Source: Bispira polyomma (lineage: Eukaryota). Taken from it: 64,000 bases of DNA. Where the stretch lies: assembly GCA_965649765.1 (NCBI GenBank), contig OZ287750.1, positions 101,060,001 to 101,124,000 of the forward strand, written 5' to 3'. A program made the position numbers and the translations under genes. The notes below the pieces were generated by a model. The model worked only from the letters and a program-made list of their open reading frames with translations. It ran no database searches and was not told the DNA's origin. Below are positions 24,441 to 39,094 of this stretch, piece by piece (position 1 is the first letter of the stretch; each line of letters begins with the position of its first letter).

Positions 24441-26469
24441 AAAGTTAAGGTTATCTCAAATTTGTTTAAACTTTAAGTCAAACTTAAACTTAAATCTAAC
24501 TAAATTTAAGTCGACGTAAAGTCACACGTAATGTGAACTTAGACTTAAACTCTTTTCTCACTAAGGTGGCTTCATTTATGTTAAAGATAAATTTTAACCA
24601 GTTACATATATGTGTAGTAATAGAAAAATATATCCCAACTGCTCGTTTGACCTTATTCCAAGGTCAAACATCTATCCCAAGGTCAGGGCACTGCACATGT
24701 TAAAAATTAACAAGAAACAACCTTTACGAGGCTGCCTACAGAAAACATCAGTAAACTGAAAATGCCTTGTTACATAAGGTTCTCAAAAAAAAATCAGACT
24801 TTGACTGTGTACAAAAGTATTTTTTACAATAGAATATGCACTGTTGAGCAGACAGAATTGAGTAATTATCCAATTAATTACTGCCAGCTATGAGGTGTAC
24901 TTAAGCATTATGCAAGGAAGTCTTTAACTTGTGAGGGCCTTATTGGGGAGCTCACGCAGCAGGAAGGGAAAGATTTTCCTTTGTGTCATTAAATTTATAG
25001 AACCCATGGCCTCTAGCCCATGATTTGTCTTCTTTTGACCCAAATTTGAATTTAACTATGGTCTGAATTCGTACTGGTTTGTATGAAAAAAGATTATACT
25101 GATATTGCATATCCATAGAAACAAAACACATGTCTAAAGGTGATTGGACCAAGCTTCCTTTTCCCTGGTTGCGCTATATCTATGCATATTTAAGATCAAA
25201 CTTCTAACTATGCGGCTTTGTTTTTCAGTGTAAGTGCTGAGGGTTTAATTAACACCACCTTTCTTATCAAATTCAGGATTCATGTAATTATTGAAATCCC
25301 TTCCTATAATGATTTTCTTGCCTATAAATTTTACAATTTTCGATTTAAGAATGCAAAAAATTGTATTTGTTCTTGTGGGTAACATTTTGTAGATTTATAT
25401 ATTTAATAAGATATATTCATGGTCGTTTTATAAAAAAATATGAAGTTACAAAAATCTGCCAGACTTATTGATTAGCTTATCAATAATATTGTGCTGGTAA
25501 GTATTGGGATTAAAGTACAAACATCCCTAGCATTACTGGCCCCATGATGGCCAACATATTCGAAAACCTTGCCGAAGTACCTTGATAGTGCGAAGTAGCA
25601 AAGATAAGTTGAACGACCTCCACAACCTTCACGATTATGTCTGATTATTTAATCAGCATAGTGGAAAAGGTGTAAAATAGTTCAAGAGCAATACAAGTAT
25701 ACCTGTGTTGATCAGGATAGTTTATTGCTTTTGAACTACACTACGCTTTCATTGAGATCTAGAAAGAATGCATTGCAAACATTTACCAGAGTGCTTGAGT
25801 CAAAACAAATTATCTATGATGCATGGGCTAATAAAAGGCGACAAATGAAGACTATAACGTCAAATACCTGACAAGGATGGTCGTCTTACTACCTCCACTA
25901 CAAGGCTACTGAGAAATTCCAACGAGGATGATGCAGACGAATATTGGTGATGGAGGGGTATAGATCTGATTTGGATCGCCTTTGAGCTTCCTCACTATAT
26001 ATACAAGCTGTTTTTTTTTTATTAAATTAGGATATTTAGGAGTCAACATCATATACATCAGAAAGGGCAGTAGAGTGTCAGAGGTGAAGAGGTTAAGAAC
26101 TAGGAATTCATACATCAAACTTCTATTACAGAAGTTTGATGTATGCATTCAGGGTTGCCCACAACACCATAACATGAATTGTTAGATATTGCTGTAATGC
26201 CACATACATAGTTAATGGTTAAGGATCAATACAAGTCTACCTGCATTGATCAGGATCAATGTGAGGCCAATGGTCTGATACATTCTTGTTTACATAGTAA
26301 TTTGTAAGTTATTGTCACATTTCAGAGTATTATTGTGATTAATAATCTCTAAGTAACAATCACTTGCTAACAGCTATGTACATATTGCAGATCTCATAAC
26401 AATGAGCACACTCTCTCCCATTAATTGATTCACAAGGAAACCTGCTAACAAAATAACACTCGTCTTCTC

Positions 26470-26705
26470 GTCGACTTGTCTTTTACCTCAGCTTTGTCTC
26501 TAAACTCATTGAAAAAGCTGTCGTAAAACAAATTCATGACCACACTGACAAACAGAAATGAGCTAGCTCCCACCAGTCTGCTTATAAAAAGTTTCACTCC
26601 ACGGAAAGTGACATCCTCTCCATCATTAATTACATTACCCTTGCCTTGGATTGTAATGAGACAGTAGCCCTCACAATTTTAGATCTCTCCGCAGCTTTTG
26701 ACAAT
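26470..26705 (+). mobile_element. L2/CR1-group LINE RT fragment
   Basis: LSFVSKLIEKAV...HQSAYKKFHSTES...LDLSAAFD by manual translation. Confidence 0.8.
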
Positions 26706-27739
26706 TTTGAGATTGTATTTTATTTTGCATTTTAACTAGTCTTTTTGATGTAAGGCTTCCTCTAAAGTGCAACAACAGAATTAATTTGCCAATAGATGAG
26801 TCCAAAAAACATAGCTAGGTCGTAAGGAATAATGTGGGTGTATACATGGAAAGAACTAAAGGGGTAAGCGAGTTTAAAGATATTGGTTTAAGTTTTCTTC
26901 CTAACCCAGTACATTACTGGTGATCTAAGCTCAACTGGCACACTTATCTTATTAGTATGGATATCAAACTTGTTTAGCACTTATTTATGATTATATCAAC
27001 TTCGCAGGCTAAATGATAATCAGATTCTTTAAACTGAAAATATAATTACAATGGTTCAAACCCACACGGATACAGAAAATAAAACTACATTGTAAAAACT
27101 ATATCCCCTTTAGGATAATGTCAACTTGCTTTCATTGTGTTTTTTTTTTTTTTTTGTAAATAACAGGTGTTTGTATCACCATTACCTGATGGAATATATT
27201 AGGCATTCAGGAAAAGTTTGAATGACACTGCTGTCAACTTAAAGTTGGTTTAAAGAAACTGTAGAAAGTTGTTTTCTGAAACGAATCACCATGAATTCAG
27301 TCTTTTCTTCAAGTTTGAGATTGTGGCAGGAAAGCCATTATCTGAACATATAAGATTGAAAAGCATTCTATAAAATGATGAATATGGGAATATTGAAAAT
27401 ATAAGCTTAAAACTAAAATATTGAAAACTTAATAAAATAAAACCTTCTATGCACACTTGGCTTAGTTCATGTTAATTTCTTAATTTAGAGATTGCCAAGG
27501 CTATATATTTGCGTATTTTGTTATAACTAGCAATAACGTACATCATAGACAATGAAAATAGGTCAGTTACACGTAAGTTTCAATACTGCTGGTGAAGGTC
27601 ATTATTAGCACTGCGCACACATGTCTGCTATGATTTCCTGGTTCAAAAACGAAGTATCACCTTTTATAAAATTATCAATATGGGATTATTCAGCAGAAGA
27701 TTTGAACTAAAATGATGAAAATTTAATCAAATATTACCT

Positions 27740-28623
27740 TAAATGCACACATGGTTTAGTTTGTTTTAATTTCTGGGTTAACTGGGTCTCCGGTACGACA
27801 GTCAGAGCCTCTTCAGGTCTGTTAACATCAAACTCTCTATTCTCCTCATCATAAGTCACCATCTTCTTCTCCATTCCCCTTTTCCTAGGTGGCATATTTA
27901 AGCAAATAATATGTGCAATATAAACGTACAATATAAAAACTTTTTAAATTCTAAATTCACAACAAAAAAAGCAAAGACCTCAACTTATAATATATAAGCC
28001 ACGCCCAAGTTATCTTTTCACTCCAAGGACTTATCCTTAGCACATGACAGGATAACTCAGAGTCAATGGCCAATAAGTTGGTAGCTTCCCGACCTATCAT
28101 TAGGGGTGGGGCATTCACTTGGAATGGTTTTCTTTCAAATTGCTCCTGATTTGGGACCGAGATGAGGACAATTTTAAAGATAGGTCGTTGCAAGCTTCCG
28201 ACTGCTCCTGACTGGTCACGATTTATCGTGTGTCACCTAATCACAGGGGTTTTTAAGCATGCTTGAAAACCTGAGCAAGTGGTCCGATTGCCCCTGATAG
28301 CTAAAGATAACTCGGTAGCAACTCGGGAGCTATCATCGGGCAAGTGGAATTTTTTTTTTTGCATTTGGATATTTAACGTCCACTCTAGTACCTTTTAGTA
28401 GGTTATATTTGGACGGGTAGTTGGAAACGCTGGAGGAAACACTGCATACAGTCGGTCAAGGTTCTGCAGAGAAACCAGCGACCCACAGTAAGGAACTACC
28501 ACCACATAGGCACCGGCGGGATTCGAACTCACGCCGCCCAGAGGTGAGAGACCAGTAATTGTGAACCATAATGCTTGCTAACCACTAGGCCACCGCGGCC
28601 CCATCAGCCAAGTGGAACAGGGG
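27740..28623 (-). mobile_element. Left-end fragment of a PIF/Harbinger-like transposon
   Basis: Minus-strand end CCCCTGTTCCACTT.. and MPPRKRG..MVTYDEE..NRP match 49966-50640 on +. Confidence 0.7.
28350..28602 (-). mobile_element. tRNA-derived SINE, family 1
   Basis: Head GGGGCCGCGGTGGCCTAGTGG (A box), GAGTTCGAATCCC (B box), A tail; imperfect 15-bp TSD ATCRGSCAAGTGGAA. Confidence 0.9.
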
Positions 28624-29944
28624 TGTTATATTAATTGATATGTACCATCTCGGCATGGAATAACACAAACACAGCTACTATATCCTATGTAAGGAATCAG
28701 GTTGTGTTTTTTCTTTAACCAGATTCTATCACTATAAATGTCTATTTTGATTAACAATGTGTTGCTTATGGTAGCCGCTCTGTCACCAATCAGCTGTACA
28801 TCAGTTGAAAAAGACGTCATTGGCGGCATAATACTCGGTCTACTCCTTAAACAAACAATGGCTGACCTAAAATTGAAATTAAGGCTCGCAAAATTAATTT
28901 AAAAAACTGTTCATGTTTTTAGAGATTCTTTAGGTCAACTCCTAGACATAAAATAGTTTTGTCCAAATATCTTTTTGCACCTAATAATATCATAGTTTCA
29001 ATATATCAAATAGCATGTATAATAATTGAAAAGGTTGCCTCTGTACTGATATAGATGTGTTTTTATTGATTTTTTGGTTTTAAGTAAAATTGTGATGTTT
29101 TTATAAACCCACTTTAATATACTTTGAAACTGAAAAATAATGTTAATTGTCTGTTTAATGTTTACTTTCCCAGGTGATTACCTAAGACAGGTAAAAAAAA
29201 TAATTACTGATAAAATTCTTACCAATACGATCATTAATCACCATAGTGCAACATACTTTCCTCACAGCGAATTGACTTTACAGTGTGTTACATACGTAGA
29301 TCTGTTCACTCGTGGTGTGTAGGCTTCACAGGAATCAGTCCTGCCCCCCTCTTAAAATTTCTTAAGTTACCAGCCTGGTTTTGACAGGTAAAAAGTAAAT
29401 GACATCACAAGGATTTCCACTTGTTACCAGGGGTTTAAATGTTTATCCTTAATTCTCATTGGTTCCTAATTCTGGGAATGCCTAGAAATCCAATTTACCT
29501 TCAGTTTGAATCTTGTTATTGAACAGCACAGATGTGCTAAGAGTTTTTATAAGAACTTTTATATTTTATATGTTTACAAGTGTTTTGAATGAAATTGAAC
29601 TATCTTCAAGTTTTTAGTTTGTTTTTAGTTTTTGTTTTTATAAACGTGCTCACCGATTCAATTACAAACTGAACATTTACATAACACTGGAAGTAGTGTA
29701 TTAATGACTGGAAGCTCAAGGCAAATCTCAGTGTTAAAGTCCAGCTGATCTGTCAACCTCATGCTTGGTTTGCCCGAAAGGGCAGTAAAAAGGGACGGTC
29801 TAACCTACTTCTATTAATTACCACTAAACACTAAATTTGATCCTAAATTTAAATTGGTTGGCCAAGCGTGAATTTGTCAAATCAGCACTGAGTGACTTGT
29901 GTATATCTTGTTTCAGAAAAGAAACATTGACAATAAAAATAAAA

Positions 29945-30485
29945 ATGCCACAAAGCAAATCCCTATGTAAAAAGTGCATGAACAGACATTTACCCCCCAC
30001 GGGAAAAAAAAGTGTAGACAGTTGGAACTGATAGACCAGGCTACCTTGCAGTTGGAGACGTCAGATGTCATGGACACTCCAGTTCGAGGGAGATGGGAGG
30101 CAGCATCGTCGTCGACAGAAGATATGGACAGTGTGCAGACGCAAATACTCAGTGAACTGAAGAAGGCTGGATGCAGTTGAGGAGCAAGTGGCAGATGTGA
30201 GGGTAAAAGACACAGACACAGAACGGGACTTGCAAAAGTTAAGTACTGGTTCTCACAAACGTCGTTAATCTAAAAGTAGTTCAAAAAGTAAGAAGGTGTG
30301 TGCTAGTGATACTACCTCTGATGAGTCAATAGTACCCACTATGTCCGTGTTAAGGTCCTCTCAAGAAATACAAAGAGAAGTAGACAACAGGGGAATTACA
30401 GCACGAAGGGGTCTGTCATGCAGCTAATTATTTTGCTTCCAAGATCAAATCAAAAAGGGGGGGGGGGGAAATGTGGATGTGAACA
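29945..30485 (+). pseudogene. Element F: isolated gag 5' fragment
   Basis: MPQSKSLCKKCMNRHLPPTGKKC, QILSELK, VPTMSVLRSSQEIQREVD, KIKSKRGG. Confidence 0.75.
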
Positions 30486-31139
30486 TAATTTATTTTACCT
30501 TTTTGGCTTCATTTCTCATCAGTTTTTATTTGTTATATATTACAATATTAGTATTCGTGTTTGATGTCAATATGGTGGATATGCTTAGTCTCTGAGACAA
30601 TTGGTGGAGCTACATATTTACAGCTACAACTAGAGAGGGTATCTCGAAAAATGCTACACCGATGATATAACATCAAATATTTCAGATAATAGGATTTTGT
30701 ATAATGGAGTTTTCTACTATAATATATGTACCACTTCAATTAAAATGACTAAATCAAACAAGCATTATCAACAACAATCAGCAACTCGTTTCTCTGATAT
30801 TGATGGGTAAAGTAGTTGTAGTATTGGTATAATCAATCTACGTGTATACACAGAAAGGGGTGGGATTGTAAACAAACTTTGTCTGAAATTAAAATTAAAA
30901 CAAAAAAAATGAAACAGAATTTTTGTCTGACACCCACAAAGAAAATGGACCTGTTGATTATGACAGGATATTGCATGCTACCATTCTGTAAGATGCATTC
31001 TGGGATTTAAATATAGTGAGGTATCATATGCTCTCTATATTCCTTAAGGCTACAAGAATTCTACAATTGTACATTTAGAGATAATCAATATTGTTGTGGC
31101 TCTAAATATATGGGTGTCACAGTGGAACATCATAATGTT

Positions 31140-31975
31140 AATGTTTTTACTTCTAGAGCGCCACAATCGATGACCAGGCATCCTCTGTAGCGCATATCCT
31201 AATAAGTGGCATGACCAGCGGATGAATGCTAAGGCAGAAAAGCGAGCTGATACAGATGTTTTTTGAGCTTTTTCTGAAGCCTGTGATGTTTGTCTCAGTC
31301 CGAAGACTAGTAAGGAGGCGATTCCACTTAGCAGGTGCTGCAACTAATAATGATTTTGAACCAGCTGATTTTTTGGGTAGGAAACTGGAGGTGGAGAGAT
31401 GATTACCTCTGGTGAGATTGCTAAGAGACAACATAGATGATAAGTATGGATGTTAATGTTTATGGACTGTCTTAAAAATGAGTGCAATTACCTTAAATTT
31501 AATACGGAGCTTTAATAGGCAGCCAGTGTTATTGTTTAAGCCAGGAAGTAGTGTGAGTGCGATGACCAGAATGGCTTAAAATTCTGCACAGGTTATTTGG
31601 AATTTTCTGTAGCTTGTTTATTTGGCCCTGTCCAATTCCATATAGTAGTGAGTTGCAGTAATCTAGTTGACTTTATACCAGGGCATTTGCATCTAGAGTT
31701 ACATGCCGACGAATCCTACAAAAGTCATAGATGTTGCAATAGCAGCAACGACAGATATTTGAGACATGTTTTTCGAACGAGAAGTCAGAGTCAAAAGTAA
31801 CTCCTAGGTTCTTCACACCGTCAGGAGGAAAAGTGCTATTACCAAGGAGAGTAGTAGGAAAGAACTCAAATAGCTTTTCCTGCTGATGTTTGGAGCCAAT
31901 AAGTAGGAAATCAGTTTTATCAGGGTTGAGTTTTGGGAGTGACATCAGAAAAGTAACTACTATATCCAACAAATG
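31140..31975 (-). mobile_element. Degenerate L2-like LINE ORF2 fragments
   Basis: KLNPDKTDFLLIGS, VKNLGVTFDSDFSFEKHV, HWLPI. Confidence 0.85.
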
Positions 31976-32639
31976 TAATCAGAGAGATCATGTATTTCCC
32001 ATCATTGCGTATCGCATATTTTGTACCAACCTCCGCCAAGTAGAGGTGTACAAAATCTAAGAAATAAAAAACCGATAAAGAAAGATCAACTAGACTGAAA
32101 AAATATATTAAAAAAAACTTTTTTAAATGAATGATATAAAAACATATTATATTTTGAGAGCCGAATAGAGTTACTCAAACTGTACGAAGTATTAAACTAA
32201 AAAAGTCAATTACTCAATGTCACCGTGTAGACATTTAGTGTTTTGAGGAGATTGCAGAGACAGTTAAACTCATTCTCTAAGATGTAAAGCATTTATTATA
32301 GCTAATTTAAAGATACATATATATTTTGCATATATTTTATTTATTCCCTATTTTAGGTACAATAAATAATGTATTAATACTGATACAGTTATGACAACAT
32401 TTTTTCCTATGTAATGTAAAAATGTCTAGCAAAATATAATAAATTTCCACATAACCTGAAGTACATTAGCACATAACAACACTTCCAAGGAATCTGAGGA
32501 CGTTATAGCACAGACTGAGAAAATATTAACATCAGAAATAGACAAGAACCAAGCCTAACATTTAACATCATACCCGAGTACAAAACATAACACCCATGCA
32601 TTATGTTCAATAAACATACATAAGTACACTATACTAGAA

Positions 32640-33170
32640 ATTTGTATTTTTATTTATTTTTTTATAATGTTATAATGTTATAATTTTCTTGTCAAAGTCC
32701 TTTCTTACATTTCTCATTAGTACTCAAGTAGTCTTAAATATTAAACTGTATCTTAATAGCATAATTATTGATTTTTATCACAAAACTCAATATTGAATAA
32801 CCTACCAATTCACTAAGGCTGTTATTTACTTTAATTTGAGATTATTTTAATTTTACAAATACTGCTAAAGTCTGGAAAAAAGCAAGTGCATATATTTTGT
32901 TTTGCATTGCTTGATATAGCACTGACGATAGGTTGTGAACAAATTTTAAAAATTTTACTTTTATCAGCTGCAATTATACCAAATAACACTTCACCGATGG
33001 CTAGTTTCGAAAATGCTATATGGTTTAAAATAAACCAATTTTCTAATTGTGTCCAAAACAGTTTGCACAATATTTTTAGCCAAATAATAGTTGTTCCGGT
33101 GTGTCAACATTATGACAATACATAGATATGTAATTTTTTTTTTTTTTTTATTTTACATTCTAGGTAACAC
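32640..33170 (-). mobile_element. Degenerate L1/Tx1-like LINE 3' fragment
   Basis: CKLFWTQLENW...EVLFGI and an A-rich 3' end. Confidence 0.55.
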
Positions 33171-34060
33171 ATATTTGCTGTTAATATGTTTATTGTTAAA
33201 AGCTTCATATATAGTCATAAATATATAACCCCAAAGAAAAGATTTAAAAAAGGAAAGAATTAATCCAAACATTTACCACAATTGGTTCATGTATTTTACT
33301 ACTTAGTATTTACTAGTATCATGCCCTATTAGTAGCCTTACTGAGGCCTACAAGTTAACCTTTTATTATCATTGTTACCATATAATGATACATTATTACT
33401 TCATTGTTTGTATTTAGTCTGTATTTATTATGAATTAAACAACACACATTTCTACCTCATCTATTTAGTTGCTGTATTTTGGACTCATACAGAACTCTGA
33501 CTCTGTTCTTTGAAGATATTGCTATTATATCCTGAATCCTAGTTATATATTGAGATATATATATAGGTTACTGTTACTAGAATTAACAAATGGTAAATCA
33601 TATAAAATAACATTGTGGATTTCATAATATTTCAGCTTAATATTTTATATGGGTACATCATAGAAACGAATATCCCTCCCCAGTTTAACTTACATCCCTC
33701 CATCAAATAAATTATCTATGCACATCATAAAAGTAACACGACAAATAATGACAAGGAAGTGTAAACATAACAAAAGAATTTCCTCTCACTTGACCCACAG
33801 CTGTTATCTTCACAGAAATCGATTTTGGCATAAAATTGGCATAGAATGCTTGTTTAAAAAGACTTGTTTGAAACTAATGCAGGCTGGTTGATTTATCTTG
33901 ACAGGTTGATTATCTGCAGTAGCAGGACATGAACTGTAGTGATGCTAACTATATTAGACTACACATAGTACAAAGAGGAAACGTTATCGTTGCTCTACAA
34001 ATGGGTTTTGCTAAATACCGAATAATGTTCACAAGTTTCAGCACACTTTTAATTTCAGAA

Positions 34061-34882
34061 GGTGGCTGTCACACATACACAATCTTAGCTCCTGACCGTC
34101 TCAATTGGACAATCAGGAGCCAATTGAGAGAACAATCGGGAATTGTCCCCACTTATCATGGTCAATTAGGACACTCGAGGTCACTTGTGCAAAATGGCTA
34201 ACATGTTAGGAAACCTCTGCGATTTGATGATCTGCAGCCGATAGATCGGGTCAATCAGGGTCATTTGTAAGCTGCTAACAAGTTATCTTAACCTTATATC
34301 AAACTATCTTTCCGATCGGCATCTAAATCGGTAGACAAAAATTGTCATTTAGAAAAAGATTAATCAGTCTAATCCGTCCTGAATGGTCGGGAGCATTACG
34401 AGTTATCGACTACTTCTCCCGAGTTATCCTGTCAAATGTTAAGGATAGGTCTTTAGAAATGCCCCGATTGTAAAGATAACTCGAGAATGTCATAAAGATA
34501 ACTCGGGAGAAGCGGCCGATAAATCGCAAAGAAGCCCCAACTGTAAAGATAACTCGGGAGAAGCGGCCGATAAATCTCAAAGAAGCCCTGACTGTAAAGA
34601 TAACTAGGGAAGATTAACAAGAGATTGGGCGGAACAAAAGATAACTCAGGATTGAAAGCGATCACTCGGGGGGAAAAATGGGGTGGCGGGAGCGGACTGT
34701 ATCTGCCCCGAGCTATCGGGCCTTGCTCCCGATCTATCGTAACAATCGAGAACCATTACAATTATAATTATGGACGTAAAATTTCCCGCTTTTTTTCCAA
34801 ATCGGGGCAAAATACTAACAATTTCTCCCGACTGCATTATTGGGGTCTTTTTCCGATAGGTCTTGAATGTGTGACAGCGGCT
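34061..34882. mobile_element. Non-autonomous Harbinger-like element (MITE) with internal 51-bp repeats
   Basis: Inverted ends GCTGTCACACAT / ATGTGTGACAGC; many GATAACTCGGGA/ATCGGG motifs shared with 28200-28345 and 49990-50400; 51-bp unit at 34493, 34544 and 34595. Confidence 0.65.
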
Positions 34883-36569
34883 GAAGAACACTATCGTAAT
34901 TATAATGACATAATACTATTTTTTAACCTACTCTCCCCCTCTCTCTCCCTTATATGTAAAAAACATTTAGTCAGAGTTTCAAAAAATAGCTCCACTTCAG
35001 CATTTTTTTTTTTTGAAGTTTCAGTTCTTTTATTGTGACGAAATCCAGAAATTATGAGAAGGGTGGACTATTGTCCATTTTTACAACTTCAGGGATCGAA
35101 AATAAACAGAACACTTGACAAATTTATGCGACACTAATGTGACCATTTCAGCCACAGGGTACATTTCCTCCAAGTTATTATATGTGGTACTTTGTGATAC
35201 CTGAGGGTTATAATTCACCTTGACCATGGTAAACATACGAGTGCCATCTGCACTAAATTGATTTATTATACTGTCAAATCTACTTGTATTTAGTAGTGTT
35301 GATCTGAAGGTTCCATGGTTTTAGGTCAATCTGCGAAGAATCATATAAGATAGATATATCTAGTTTTTCTAACCCTTATTCCTGAAGATGTCTATATGGT
35401 TGACTGTCAAATCTCCCTATATGTTAACTTTACCACGTGGTGGTCATGGTCCCATTTAAATGAACAAGATCTTACCTGATAGTATTCCTATAGATTAGTA
35501 TTACTTTTTTGCATGTTGTTAGGATTGGCAGATATGACGCTTTGCGAATGTTCGTCAAATGAAAACAATCAAATCAGCAACACTCCATCTTAACAGCATC
35601 TCTCCCATCGTACATGTCACAAGCGCATGGGTGCCTTTACCTGATGTCCAACTAAAATCAATTACACCGTGGATCAAATACCTACACAAGAGGTAATACA
35701 TATCATGGTCTTGCTCCAGAAGGATAATATTTATAAATCACAGTAGCCTCTGGCATGAAATATGATTGTCATACTGTACACGACTACAGGTAGTAGATGT
35801 TGTTGTGGCCATTTCACTTTATTTTAACTACAACATTATAATGGCCAGACTTACTTCTCTCTTAGCAATTTTTAGACCTATTTTGGAGTTCTGTAAGCCA
35901 TTTTATAGGCCCCAAAAAATTTTGAATCCTTTTAGGGGCTCTTTCAAAGCGCTTTTGTAGTCCATGTGGAATCTTTGAGCCATTCATGAGCTGCTTGGTG
36001 AGAGACATAACTTTTTAGGTCAATTATTGAACCTGATATGTTTAAAATCCTAACAAAAAATATGAAATACTACATATATTTCCTTATAGAAAGGGAGCAT
36101 ACTGACAATGAATTAACATTAAAGTAAGCGGTTAAAAATCATTCCTACTTTCAAAAAGGCTGACGCATAAATATATAATAGAACTTACCCGTTATAAATT
36201 TGTGTCTTTATAAATTTATATAATTATATACATAGCAAACTACATGCCAAAAATTAAACTGTAACAATTGTTATAAATAAAATAATTAGATCACATTGAA
36301 GTACACAAAGATAGGGCACTCAACATTGGATTTACGGAAAGTATCTTTATAGATTGAGCTATTTACTAATTTTTGTGAGAAATAGGTTTCAATATACACT
36401 TTTACATTAACAAAAATATCATTAAACAGTTGATAAAAAATTACTTGTGAATTACTGAATGTTGCAAACTGTGCAGTGCCTCCTAAACTGTAACCTTGTA
36501 AATTACCTTGCATCAGTGAAACACATAATAAGACATTGAGTTCATTATGTTTTTGTGTAAAATATGTAA

Positions 36570-37085
36570 TTAAAGCACCTTAACTATCCAGGGGGACCTT
36601 AACTTGGTGTAAGATTTTACGGGCTAAACAACCAAGCTTAAGGTTACCGTAAATAGATTACACCTTGAGTTTAAGGTTAACTGACATTAAGATATGGTTG
36701 CCTTAGCAGCCTGAATACAAGGTAACCTTAACATTTTTTAGTTTTTAATTCAAAGATTTTCAGGTTGCCTTTTTAAGGTAACCTTACAATTTGACTATAT
36801 TCCTGCAATACATTATGCCTACTTGATGTTAGGGTGGCCTTAAATGTTAAAATATTGAATTTAAATTGATAGTGGCGTAGTTTGCTATTGAGAAATGTCA
36901 CCAAAGCCGAACTCAGGAGGTAGACAATAAAAGGTTTTGAAAAGCAAGGGCTGCTCGGTTTGAGGCTGTGGGATTTTGTGTGATGTTCCTTCACAGACAG
37001 TCTGTGGTCGACATACCGTGACTCTGAATGCTTTGTAGAGGCATGTGGTTGTTGAATGCCAACGTGATGCCCAAGTAAGGAAGTT
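36570..37085 (-). mobile_element. Element G: 3' end of a YR retrotransposon (YR C-terminus + palindrome array)
   Basis: GITLAFNNHMPLQSIQSHGMSTTDCL matches the YR C-terminus; followed on minus by GTTCGGCTTTGG and repeated AAGGTAACCTTA-type motifs (36570-36845). Confidence 0.8.
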
Positions 37086-38846
37086 GAAGCAATCTGTTGT
37101 CAGTGAGTGGCAGCCATTTAACTACCTTCCATATACTGTTCTGATATATTATACTATTTTGTATTATATAGTATGCATAAAATATCAATTGCTGCGCTAT
37201 CAATAATCTATTCTTTAAAATTAAAAAAAAATATTAATGAAGAATTTTAAATACAATTACACATATCATATACCTACAATGACATTCCATAGCATTGAAC
37301 TGAAATTTTCCGTCATTTTGTTTAAGTTCAGAGTAAGTTGTATTTTTGTGAAGGGAAATATAAGTTGAAAATTTCAAAACAGACGTTATATGACGTTAAA
37401 AAAAAAAAAAAAGAATGACGTTATATGATGGCTGCCTTTGAAGTATTTTGAAATGTGAGTGTCAATGACATTGAGGCAGTGAAAAATCGTTTCCATCATT
37501 TCAATAGATCTGTCAGGAAATGGAATTCCCCACGAAAACAAACAAAAGTTAAGCTAAGGTCTCCACCCCTGTACCCTTTTATGAAAATACGTTTTGTCAG
37601 CTTTGGCACAGGCTTTTGTATCAAATATCTTACAGGGCCATGCATGACTTACATATCCTACCGTAAATTCCGTGGGATTGGGGCATAAGGCCTAAAAAAG
37701 ATTTTCTCAACTTTTATTGAAAACATGATTTGAACCCAGACTGGCTGTGTAACCATGAGGCAGTATATTCTAGTGCTGACAATTCATTGTATATCCAGGC
37801 AAATACAGAATTGTAACTCAATATTGGGCGTATGTTACATTGTAATTTATTAACCACTGTAACATAATTATGATGTTTTCATGGTTGTATATGGGGCCTA
37901 GTCATACAATGAACCGTATCGCCCGTCGCCCGTGAAAATGCACATGAAAACTGTAGAAGTTGCATGAATTTTCAAAGGTTTTAGAGTCATTTTTATGCAA
38001 TATTTCAGAAAGTTGATCTATAGTGAGGCTAAAATCGAATATGGACCCTAATTAAACAACATAATGGTATATTAAGCTTGATTTTTAGTGCTTCATCAAT
38101 ACGAATTTGAAGTGAATTCTTGATGGTACTCTCTGTACTTGTTTGTGTAATTGGCCTTTCCCTATTTTTGGGGTATTACAGTGTTGTGTCATAATGAAAG
38201 TAAAACAAGGTTTGTGGTGTATATTCAGAATATGTGTGACTCAATAAGATAAAACACACAAAACTCGCCCAACTGGGTTCCTATTGTACTGTTTTATCTT
38301 ATATTGTCATATGTTTTTTTAAATGTACACTATCCGGGTAGTTTTACCATTTTATCTGAAAAATATCACAATTGTATATTACTTAAATATTAAAAATGAA
38401 ACTGCAAATATAAAACTTTACATATGAGATGGGATATCTTTAGAAAGAGTCATTTCAAGTAACCATCCTTTAATAAAAAAGACAGAAATGTTGAACATAT
38501 TGTCAAAGTATGAGCACATAATAATAGATATAACTAATGAGATATTTGAGGCAATAATAATTTTCTGGACAATTAATTTCATAGCGATTAAAACAAAAAA
38601 AAAAATGTTGAAATTTTATGAACTCATTTCCACTCTCCCAAATTGATATTTCTTATCCTTTTAAACAGAAATGCCTCTTCTATTTTATGAACCTTCTAAT
38701 ATCCGAACAAAATCTTGTTCTACCAAAATGTTTGGATAGTAGAGGTTTTGCTATTCTGTAGAAACTTTCTTCATTGACACTAGCAAAGATCAAAGTTTTA
38801 CAATTTCTTTTCTTGGCGATCATTGTTTTCTAGAAATTTGTGATGA

Positions 38847-39053
38847 CTTTGTTAGTTCTGTGCCGAATTGGTTGGTGCCGAGTTGACCTAAATACACTTT
38901 TGTTAGTTCTGTGCCGAATTGGTTGGTGCCGAGTTGACCTAAATACACTTTTGTTAGTTCTGTGCCGAATTGGTTGGTGCCGAGTTGACCTAAATACACT
39001 TTTGTTAGTTCTGTGCCGAATTGGTTGGTGCCGAGTTGACCTAAATGCACTTT
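38847..39053. repeat. Tandem repeat, 51 bp x 4
   Basis: Unit TTTTGTTAGTTCTGTGCCGAATTGGTTGGTGCCGAGTTGACCTAAATACAC; near-identical copies with no spacers. Confidence 0.95.
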
Positions 39054-39094
39054 CCTCTTTTCTGAGTTCAGGGTTTGGTGGGCTAACATCCTTG

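Larger units (their letters stand above)
18930..24575 (+). mobile_element. Element E: YR-type retrotransposon with YR deleted, interrupted by a LINE
   Basis: gag 19374-20416 (WPQNHILGG, DLMEDCHDFSW, CRYFKKGSC..), pol 21780-24440 (LPFG, YIDD, HCDNQAVV), joined directly to the 3' palindrome array. Confidence 0.9.

Noticed and set aside
28500-28602. tRNA genes (also 49689, 50931, 58600, 60850)
   Set aside because: The A/B-box heads continue into a shared body, tail and TSDs, so these are SINEs rather than tRNAs.
38847-39053. CRISPR array or 17-aa repeat protein
   Set aside because: Units are contiguous with no unique spacers and there are no cas genes; the ORFs arise because the unit length is a multiple of three.
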